Source: Picochlorum sp. SENEW3 (lineage: Eukaryota). Taken from it: DNA of 64,000 bases. This document shows, in pieces, positions 54,759 to 64,000 of this stretch (positions are counted from its first letter, which is position 1; the number at the start of each line of letters is the position of its first letter). The notes below the pieces were generated by a model. That model ran no database searches and had not been told where the DNA came from. It saw nothing but the letters and a program-made list of their open reading frames with translations. The DNA lies in the NCBI GenBank assembly GCA_034226945.1, contig CP120456.1, positions 434,001 to 498,000 on the forward strand, in the 5' to 3' direction. The position numbers and the translations under genes are program-made.

Positions 54759-57598
54759 ATGTACACAACGCTCTTGGAATACAGTAGCAGGTTTTCAGGG
54801 GTGGCCCGGTTGGCCATGAGATGGAAAGAGAGTATTCAAACCATGCTTCTTAGTCTCCTGGGTCTCTCTAGTGTGTATAGTATGTGGAGTATGGGGCTGT
54901 CGCCTTCGAGTTGGGTTGTCGTTTCTTTGAACATGTGGTGCGCGTGCTTGGTTCTCCGAGGTATGATTTCATTGTATATTTGTCTTCTATTGGTGAAAGG
55001 AGACTCATGCTTGGATGGTTTGGGTTGCAGGGTGGACGCGGATGGACCTATGGGAGAAGAGAATTTTCCTTTGGTCCATGATTAGCATTTTATCTTTTGT
55101 ACACTTTCTGCTGATGGATTCGGATTTCAAAGGATGGGAGTCTGTGTATTACTTTTGTGGAAAAGATATGGAATACTGTACGACGAGTTATCGGTGGAAT
55201 TTGACGGGGTGGCGTAAAGCCATGTCTCTATGGAATTTCACCTTGTCGAGTGCGCTGGGCGCACAACGGCTGTTGATAGAGGCTGGTTTCGGTGGACTTT
55301 TGCCTGGAGAGGAGGCTATCCCCCGAGAGTGCTTTGTTTCTATTGTGTGGAGGCTTGTGCCGTTTTGGTTGAACAAGTGGGAGAGTAATTTTGGGGCAGA
55401 GTGCTCTTCCATTCTGTTCGAGTTGCCACATTTTGCCCTAGAGTTGTTGATTATTCTGCCAATGGTGCAGATTATGGCAGGGAGGATGAGGGTATTGGCG
55501 AATCCTCAGATGAGAGCGCCTCATGTGGTGCAGCGAGGGGAAGATTTGGATAATATTGTTCCAGATGTTATGCAGTGCACATGGGTTGTGGATGCATCGC
55601 AGCAAGGTTTTTGGTCACGGTTGAGGAAAAACAGATGGCCGCTTGTCCTGATTTCGGGCATTACGATTCGTACGTTGATGTAGTATATATGAATGTATAC
55701 ATGTTTGGGGGGATAACCAAAGTGATGTGGGTGATGTAGTTGCTGGAGCGAATGCGTTATGCATGCCGTTGTACTTGGAACACACAGCAATTCATGCAGT
55801 CCAATCGAAAGGGTTTGTGGAGTATGAAGCAGAGCTGGCGCATGTTTGGGATGTGAAAGGGAACTTTTCAGATGGAGAGTTGTTTAGAAATGAATCCTCG
55901 GCTGATGTGTTGATTCTACATGACAATACAACGATGCATTCGTGTGTGGTGGATGGGGTTGATTCTTGTGGCACGCATGTCCAGAGGGGCATTGTGACGT
56001 GGATGATGGAGGAGGGTATGGTGCAGTATAATCAATCAACGCATCAGATATTATTGAATTCATCGGGTTTGACATTACATCCTACTTGGGCTGTGGGGGC
56101 AATAGAAGCCTCCGTGAAGAATGAGAGCACTGTGAGCTCGGACAGACTCGCTCATGTCATTTTTGGGGGACGGTTTGCAAATCTGACGTCGAAAGGCGAT
56201 GGATCTTTTGTTGGCTTACAGCAAGAGTATATGGACAAAGTTCACAAGAATACATATATCCATGGAAGGAATTATATTGTGGACTTTTTCATGGGAAAAC
56301 CTCCCAAAGATGCACTCAAATTTTATAGTATTGCTCTCAAGCATGCACGAGAGCTCAACAGAATGGCGTCAACTGAGCATAAAAACTTGGTGCCTTTAAT
56401 CGAAGGCGCCTTGGCAATTATGCGTTTATCGTGTGAGCGCTGGTTTTCTTTGCTGGCTGTATTTGTTAGCTTCATTATATTTAGAGATCCACCTCCTCAT
56501 GTGAGGGAGTACATTAAGTTTATAGCAACAACGTGTAGAGTGTTCCAGCAGACCATATTAATGACCTTCCCAGCAGTGTGCTGGGGATATGGAGCTGGTT
56601 TCGTATTTTCTTCTTTTGCTAGTGTTGTTTTCTGGGCAGGCCCAACGATACGATTAATAGAACGGATCAAAAAAGTGGCCACAGAGGTTCAGCCAATGCA
56701 CTGGCACCCAGCCACGGTGGAAGAGATAGAACGAATGGGTGAGAATTGTGCAATATGTTGGGGCGATGTCGCAAGCCAGATAGCAGGTGAACAGGCAGAA
56801 GAAGACTCCCATGCTATGGGGTTAACGTGTGGCCATGCATATCACAGAAAGTGCTTGCTTGAATGGCTTCATTCCTGTTATGGTCAATCACGGTCAGCCA
56901 CGTGCCCCATGTGCCAAGCCCAGGTGCCACTTCACGTGAAATACAAATTTGAATTTCCATTCCGAAGCAATGCAGCTCCAGATGAAGGAAATAACAATGC
57001 TGTGCGAAACAGGAGGCAAGAGGGAATTCCTGGACTCGTCGCATTGGCAGGTCAAATGCCAGAGGAATTTGTTGGCCGCTTTGAAGTTCCAGTCGGGCAC
57101 ATGGCATTCATGGATGAGGTCAGAGAAGAAGAAGAAGAGGAAGAGGAAGAGGAAGAGGAAGATATGCCACAGCAGCATCATGCTGTGATGGAAGCTAGCA
57201 CCTCTGGTGGATATTCAGACGATGGTGGTGCCAACAGGAATGACATGGCTGAGCAGGCAAATAGATTCTACTTTAGATTTGAGCACAGACCTCCCCCATC
57301 TGCTGTAGAGAGCTCTGTGGTACATGACTTGCCTGGAACGTCAGGAATCCAACCCAGTGCTGAGGCTCTTATTATTGATGACCAACAGCAGACATCATCA
57401 TCAATACATCTTCCAGATCAAGAAGAGACTACTGCAGCAGACAAGGCCCCCATAGATATAGACGATGATGCAGTGAGTGATCCTTCGCCTCAACAGGAAG
57501 ATGATCAGCAACACCTAGAACAGAATAATAATACAAATAAACGGCGCCTGCAGGGTATCTATGCTCGCTTGCGACCACGAAGAAACCGAAACACGTGA
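54759..57598 (+). CDS. Multi-pass membrane RING-H2 E3 ubiquitin ligase (multi-exon)
   Basis: CAICWGD...LTCGHAYHRKCLLEW...CPMC; upstream hydrophobic ORFs 54759-55085 and 55015-55683 are probable exons; 5' structure approximate. Confidence 0.75.
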
Positions 57599-57652
57599 TC
57601 TCACATGTGAACAGATTACATTCCACTACAAGAGCGAATATAACAGTCATTC

Positions 57653-58407
57653 TCATACATTTTGAGCTTGCTGTGGAGGCACATATGCCCCATCATCACC
57701 ATCCCCCTGACCACCAGCTTGCTGTCGCTGCTGCTCCTCATACTGCCTCTTTGCTTCCTCCCACTTGTCCGGACAACAGCATCGGAACAAGATATTGAAC
57801 GGAATGCAAATCAACCACATCACAAGTCCAATAACCAAGGCAATCAACAACAATGGAATCATCAAAAGCAACAGGATTACAGCAACAATTTGACCCACAA
57901 CCTTGATGCCAAGAATCTTCTCCAGCCATGCTGGCAATCGCACTGGATGCGCAGCCATTTTGGCCTCCCATTCAGCATAAGTCATTCCCTCGGAATCAGC
58001 ACCTTGACCCTTGGCCAAATCGTCAATGTATGCATCATACAATCTCTTTTTCAAAGGGTTGGTCAACGTATCCTTTGCCTGATTCAATGTTGCAGAAGCA
58101 AGACCAGCATCCGGATGATTACACTTGTCAGGATGCACCAATCTACTCAGTCTGAGATAATTATGTTTAATTTCAGATTCATCCGCATCTTGAGTGACCT
58201 GCAAGGCCAAAGAATTCCAGAGATCAATCAAGAACAGTTGCCCGGAATTCAAAATGACACATTTTCTGGCACAGATCTACTATATTTTACAAACAGTACC
58301 TTTAAACAGATGTAGTAATTCGTTTTATGGGCGACGATGCGTTCAACTTCTTCCTGAGGAGTTTTGAAAACAGCATCTCTCCCAACCTGGGAGACGGATC
58401 GCTGCAT
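57653..58407 (-). CDS. J-domain (DnaJ) protein with a C-terminal TM segment, 2 exons
   Basis: EVERIVAHKTNYYICLK|VTQDADESEIKHNYLRLSRLVHPDKC...RLYD. Confidence 0.88.
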
Positions 58408-58993
58408 CCTGAATAATGCTCGCAGAATTGACTGTAAATTATTTCTTGGAAGACTGCATCCGCGACAAGGGCTATAACTACATGCGGCTAGGATCGCATC
58501 GTGTGAACGACGAGATCTTAGATAAGATCTGAATAATGGCGATCTTCTGAACGACCTCTCCATCACTAGGCGCCCTACTACCCATGTCATCTTGATGATG
58601 CCCCTCTCCAAGTAACTGATGGATACATTTCAAATAATACATTGTATACTTGTGGAAAAAATGGATATATTCCTGTAATGTCTGTGGTACGGAAGAGGAG
58701 GACGTGGAGAGGGGGAATAGACCATCATCAAAATGAGGGGGGAGAGGATGATTGTCCCTCACGTTCCCTTCAACACGATGCGAGTGTGACCACAGATTCT
58801 GAAATAAATTCATATCCTGTGACAGTTGTAGACGATGAGTACGTTGCGTGAACCTGAGCAGCCTTGCCTTTGGCCTTTTTCTTTTCCTCAGTCTTGAAAT
58901 TGTCTCACCTGCAGGGACTCTGACAGTGATGAAGATGTCGTATCAAGCAGGTTGCCTTTCTCTCTCAATCTCATAGACATTTTCACACTTCCA

Positions 58994-59953
58994 ATGAGCC
59001 CTACCAAGGCGTATGACGATGCCATCGAGAGGAAAAAGAATAACAATAAGAAGAATGACACGAGTCTGGAGGATCATGTTGAATCTTTCAAGAGAGAAAT
59101 GGCAGCTTCGTGTCCAGAACTACAGGATACCCTGCTTGCGACTGGAGAACTATTAGATGATGGTATGATTTCTCGATGGGTGACTGCTCGAGGAGATGCA
59201 GCTTTGAAATCCCTGCAAGAGCATGCAGAATGGCGCAGCGGCTTTGTCGGGGAAAACCCGTACGGAGTCCATGAAGCTTCCATCCAAGAGATTTTGGACG
59301 CCCATGTCATGTTTCTACAAGGAACGGATATACATGGATATCCAGTACTTTTATTTTTAGCCAAACGATACGATGCAGCGAGATTTTCCAACGTCATTTC
59401 ACCATGCATGGTGTATGCCATGGATGGTGCTCTCTTGTCTGCAGACAAGCCAGAAAAGAAACGGATAAAAGTTATATTTGATGTATCGAGTGTCAATAGA
59501 AAAAACGTCAGCATTGAATTTTTGGAGAGTATTTTTTCAATTCTTCAAACGCATTATCCAAATTGCCTGCATACATTGTACTTTGTCGATGCACCATTTC
59601 TCTTTTGGGCGATTTGGGGCTGTGTACGCGCGTTTCTGTCCGTCGAGACGAGGAATAAGATTCAGTTTGTATCAAAAAGCAGTAAAGAGCTGCTAGTAGA
59701 CGTAGGACCGGATGTGCTCCCCGATGTATATGGAGGCTCAAGTCCATGGAGGCCCGTGCAACATTCTGTCCAGGTGGTACGCCATGGAGGGCATATGCAG
59801 CAGCATAGTGGCACTGCGGCAGGCAGCATTGATAAAAATGATGAATCGTATGTGTATACGCAGATAGTCACGCCGATATTTTCGGTACGATCCGTCATGT
59901 TTTGGATTTGTTTTATTGGCGCCACATGCATCTGGATTATATTCAAGATTTAA
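58994..59953 (+). CDS. CRAL-TRIO (Sec14-like) lipid-binding protein with a C-terminal TM
   Basis: GTDIHGYPVL, ILQTHYPNCLHTLYFVDAPFLFWAIWGCVRAFLSVETRNKIQFV, LPDVYGGS; an upstream exon is possible. Confidence 0.9.
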   Translation: MSPTKAYDDAIERKKNNNKKNDTSLEDHVESFKREMAASCPELQDTLLATGELLDDGMISRWVTARGDAALKSLQEHAEWRSGFVGENPYGVHEASIQEILDAHVMFLQGTDIHGYPVLLFLAKRYDAARFSNVISPCMVYAMDGALLSADKPEKKRIKVIFDVSSVNRKNVSIEFLESIFSILQTHYPNCLHTLYFVDAPFLFWAIWGCVRAFLSVETRNKIQFVSKSSKELLVDVGPDVLPDVYGGSSPWRPVQHSVQVVRHGGHMQQHSGTAAGSIDKNDESYVYTQIVTPIFSVRSVMFWICFIGATCIWIIFKI

Positions 59954-59958
59954 AATTG

Positions 59959-60648
59959 TTACACCATTTTGGATTCCCAATTGGGAACTCGGAACACAGT
60001 CTCTACCATTCTTCTATTATCTAATTCTATACGCTCGTATCGTGTGGGTAACCGATACACAGCACCAGGCCGAACATTCCCAACAGTCTTCTTCCCAGCA
60101 GGGCGAATGATAAAAACTGACTGATTCCGTGGATCCACGGTCACTATATACTCTTGCCCACTCTGACCAATCACATCCAAAGCAACAACTCTTCCTGATG
60201 CTTTGTCAATCACTGCAGATACTGGAGACGGCATGCCACGCACCCCAATCTGACTCGCAACATAGGACAAGTCCTTCTCATATGATTCAGATGGCATGCC
60301 TCCACCTAAACCAGACACCACACCAGCTGCGACTCCAGCGACCAATAGACCATTTAATAAAAGTTTCCTACGGTTCTGCGAGCTACCAGCCGTATCCTCT
60401 GAGGGCACAAAGCCTGGAGGAGGAGGAGGAGGTGGTGGTGGTGGTGGAGGTGCCCTGTTTGTCCTCGTCTCTATGTTGCTATACCTGCTGCTACGTCTCA
60501 TTTCATTTTCTGATCTAATACGTCCGTGGTTTTTCAATGAATGGACTGCTCTTTTCGATAGGAGATGGTGCTGTGTTGGATGTCGGATTGAACAACAATG
60601 CCTCCCATGCACTCTGCAATCTCCTGTTTTGGTACGTATACTGTCCAT
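59959..60648 (-). CDS. Uncharacterised protein with a poly-Pro tract and an RR + hydrophobic segment
   Basis: ORF of about 230 aa; NRRKLLLNGLLVAGVAAG resembles a Tat/lumen-targeting signal. Confidence 0.6.
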   Translation of the reverse strand: MDSIRTKTGDCRVHGRHCCSIRHPTQHHLLSKRAVHSLKNHGRIRSENEMRRSSRYSNIETRTNRAPPPPPPPPPPPPGFVPSEDTAGSSQNRRKLLLNGLLVAGVAAGVVSGLGGGMPSESYEKDLSYVASQIGVRGMPSPVSAVIDKASGRVVALDVIGQSGQEYIVTVDPRNQSVFIIRPAGKKTVGNVRPGAVYRLPTRYERIELDNRRMVETVFRVPNWESKMV

Positions 60649-61196
60649 TCTATCAATATATATCAAAATTCAAAACTACTAATAATTCATGTAATTAATG
60701 CAAGCATTGTTCTCGTGACGATCGTTGGAAAGAGATCAGGGGCCTCGTCGGTACTGGTGGCGCCCTCAGATATCTGAGAAGCATCGATGCTTCCCTTGCA
60801 ATGGAAACAGACAATTGTCTCTTACTCCCATGTGATACAACGCGGACGTATGGATCCCAAATCTTGCTTGTATCCTTTCCAACCCTAACCTTTTGCTCAA
60901 ATGTCTGTGTTCAGATCACTGATTGTCATGACAATTATCATTGGTGTCCATCCATGTACATGTACATGTACAGAATCAATGGGAAGAGGATTACAAATAC
61001 CAGGGCACGTGGCATCCGAATTCCTTCTCGAGTGTAGAATAATCGTTTCTTTAGAAATCACACATCATTTTCTGGCTATTTAATTCTAATCGCGTCCGAT
61101 AGATGACTCAATAGCTTATTATTATCATTCGGTAGGCTGGCACGACACTCGTATCATAGGTGTTAGTGTGCTTTTCTGCATTAACAAACAGAAAAC

Positions 61197-62608
61197 ATGA
61201 GACAAGCCGGAATCTTTTTCTTCTTTTTGGGATTTATATGCCTCCTGACGCAATCAGGTGCGGCTGCAGAGTCGTGCTTTGGACCCGCGGCGTTCAAACC
61301 ATACGCGTTGCTGCGGTCCCTACAGGCAGCAAGGGACTGCTACGAGAAAGTCGCTCTGGATGCAAACAACACCATTCAAAACATCCAGTCCCTTCTTGGC
61401 ACAATGCGTAACTATTATGCATTCTATAATTATGCTGTGGACGCTCCAGACTCGACTCCTGCGAACAACCCAGAGAACTGGGTTATCTACAATGGCACAG
61501 AAAATGGGCAAGTCGACCTCAGGCTGAAAGAGGAAGAGTTGGTGGCACAGGTGCAGCAGAATGGAGCAAATTTGTTGACATTGCTGGATTTGGCAACAGT
61601 CATCAATTCACCCAGGGATATGCACATTTCATCAGTATTGTCCTTCCTCAACAATGCAGTGATTCAAAACTACATCAACATTGTTGATATGGAGGAATTT
61701 GAGCAAATTAAAAATGGCACGTCCATTCCAGGAAGATATCTCACTCTCTCTCTGAGTGATGGGGTAGTGTGATCAAGTCAAGCGAGACTGAGCAGGTGGT
61801 CAAAGTGATTGATACGGTGGATGGTGTTGACGCTTTGGAGTATTTGAAGACATTTGTCTCCATGGCAGGCTTATCAATCAATAATATTCCTTCATACAAG
61901 GCACTGGGTTCAAGAATGCAGAGCTTTCTGCAACAAGCGGGACTTAAAAATACTGCCCCAATCATTGCTGGTTTTCCTTCCATAGGGTCTGCAATCAACA
62001 ATCTCCCAGATTCTGTGCAAGTTGAATACAGTGATGGATCTTCCACGGTGTGGCAATTTTTATTCTATCCTGGAAAGGACGCCAACGGTCAAGAGTTTGT
62101 TGATTACAGTGTGGATGAGCTGATTGCATACGCCAATGCTGAGCCAGAGAATAGCCCCTATACATTATTCAACGATGCCCTCTTGCAGTTTCAGGGAGGC
62201 TATATTGGAGGAGCTTCACAATACAACACAATGCTCTACGGTGATATTGGCATTCTTGTATTCCTTCGAGATTTTTACGCGACTATACTCGCTCTTGGAG
62301 GACCCGAGATCCCCAGTGACATATTCGAGACTGTGACTGAGTTTGTTGATGCCACTGACAAGTACATTCCGACTGTTCCGGAACCACCCATTGGTGCAAC
62401 GAATGGATTTTACGGATGGACATTTACCGTATATTCTGTCATGTCTAGAATTACGGGGTTCAAGAGCATTCCCATGGAGTACTTTGAGGTACCTCCCACA
62501 CATTACATTCCTTTCTGGCCTGATTGGGCCAAGGCTGGGTTTGGAACAAACCAATACAACAGTACAGAGCTTGCACAAATATACACTCAAGTCTCAAAAG
62601 GAGTATAA
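61197..62608 (+). pseudogene. Secreted protein split into two frames; resembles the N-terminal half of eukaryotic peptidase S41-like proteins
   Basis: Signal peptide; YYAFYNYA...VDLR...PRDMH; frame break at about 61764-61795; VIDTVDGVDALEYL; no catalytic domain seen. Confidence 0.45.
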
Positions 62609-63015
62609 TAATGCAACTAGATAAGAATGGATTGCCTTGATCAAGATGGCGATCAAAGTCTCAAGTTCGTACGCATCTGTGGTGCTGTAACCCACACTAA
62701 TTAATTCTGTCTGCCTGAGCACATTCATTCCCTTTAATCAACTTGGTAATTATTCTCATATTCAGAAGAATATTCTTCACTCATGAATGACTTGGGAGCA
62801 CGAAACAAATTACTACCTCTTTTGGAATATTGTAGATGGACATTGTCCAGATGTACATCCACCCACATTGATGTTACAAACTCATGGAAGTGGAGGTCCA
62901 TCTGCATGTTCCAACCCGCGGAATGCCAATACAGGAGATATCAAAGGCTACCACCGCTTGTAGATTACCTCAAAAGTAGATGAAGCCGTACATGAGAAGG
63001 CAGAAACAAACATCT

Positions 63016-63085
63016 GGATGGATCCATCCGTCCGGACGGATCCGTATATATCCGGATATATCCTCGATCGAGCCTCGCGCGAGGC
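63016..63085. repeat. Chain of seven overlapping perfect palindromes
   Basis: ggatggatccatcc, atccgtccggacggat, acggatccgt, atatatccggatatat, ggatatatcc, ctcgatcgag, gcctcgcgcgaggc. Confidence 0.95.
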
Positions 63086-63365
63086 CCCTGTCAATTGGCA
63101 GACGCTGATCAGCGGTGGTCATGACCACATCCCGTAAAATCTGTGTAACCAATGAGCCCATTCAACAGCCATGTATTCTGAATTGATATAGTACATTGTA
63201 TTTGATGCAGTAGAAATCGAAACCTAAAACAGTAGTCGTAGTCGTCGTTGAACCGAGTCCTTATTGGACGACTGTGGTGCTCCCAAGGGTCTCGAGCATA
63301 TTTCAGTAGGTATAATAAACAACAATATGCAAGATAGTATTGACCTTTCTGTAGATAAACGAAGT

Positions 63366-64000
63366 ATGAGGATGGTGGCATGGGTTGTGGTGGTGCTATC
63401 CATGGTTGAGGTTGCCACAGGGTACAGTACCAACCCTAGTGTCAACTCTTGGCGACAGGCTACGATTTACGAAATTATGACGGATCGATTCAATAATCCA
63501 TCAGGAGAGATCTCATGTGCAAATCCGAATCAGTATTGTGGCGGGACGTTCAAAGGTATACAGGACAAGATTGATTACTTGAAAAAATTGAATATGCGGT
63601 CTGTATGGATTACGCCGCAGTTTACAAATACTCCGGAAGGGTACCATGGGTACTGGCCATTGAATCTGTTTCAAGTGAATCCGAATTTCGGAATGCATCA
63701 GGATATGCAGAACTTGTTGGATAGTCTGAATTCAGGAGGCTTGTTCAGCATGCTTGATGTTGTGTTGAATCACATGGGATATGGGAGTGCATATCCTTCG
63801 TTTAATTACTATTTCAACCCATTCAATCAAGAGAGTCAATTTCATTCGTGCGATGGGTGCCTTCCTGATTGCTCTGTACCTAGTTCGGTTCCTGCAGATC
63901 CGAATAATGGGAGTCTTTCCTTTTGGCCACTCATGTGGAAATGTAGGCTGGCTCAGTTGCCTGATATCAATCATACAGCTGATGGAGTTGTTGCGGATTA
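63366..64000 (+). CDS. Secreted GH13 alpha-amylase of Taka/fungal type, 5' part (runs off the window edge)
   Basis: Manual translation: signal peptide, then WRQATIYEIMTDRF...YCGGTFKGIQDKIDYLKKL...VWITP...GYHGYWP...MLDVVLNHMG...QLPDIN. Confidence 0.92.
   Translation, partial: MRMVAWVVVVLSMVEVATGYSTNPSVNSWRQATIYEIMTDRFNNPSGEISCANPNQYCGGTFKGIQDKIDYLKKLNMRSVWITPQFTNTPEGYHGYWPLNLFQVNPNFGMHQDMQNLLDSLNSGGLFSMLDVVLNHMGYGSAYPSFNYYFNPFNQESQFHSCDGCLPDCSVPSSVPADPNNGSLSFWPLMWKCRLAQLPDINHTADGVVAD

Noticed and set aside
1..64000. CRISPR array, rRNA, tRNA or telomeric repeats
   Set aside because: No repeat-spacer periodicity, cloverleaf or rRNA-like sequence seen by eye; a tRNAscan/Infernal run would be needed to exclude small RNAs.

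Overview
Gene-dense eukaryotic nuclear DNA with short GT-AG introns and very short intergenic spacers. It is most consistent with a compact green alga (Picochlorum-like trebouxiophyte; inferred from transit-peptide-like N-termini, TGTAA poly(A)-type signals and gene content, not from a search). About 35 protein-coding genes are visible, mostly housekeeping: SMC5, PEX7, IPMS/leuA, SF3B6, SART1, ABCE1, MZT1, NELF-B-like, CHMP1, GOS1, VTA1, Lon, CIR1-like, a RING E3, DnaJ, two Sec14 proteins and a GH13 amylase. Accessory features: (1) an apparently intact autonomous Helitron (RepHel ORF, 3' hairpin plus CTAG|T) abutting an intronless prokaryote/virus-type superfamily-2 helicase; (2) a ~5.5 kb island of three unrelated Golgi-type sulfotransferases, next to a nucleotide-sugar transporter and bracketed by a diverged direct duplication of the SART1 3' end; (3) recurrent chains of overlapping perfect palindromes upstream of many gene starts; (4) candidate bicistronic gene pairs and several HGT-like or decayed genes. 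No rRNA, tRNA or CRISPR array was recognised. All family calls are from motif recognition by eye.
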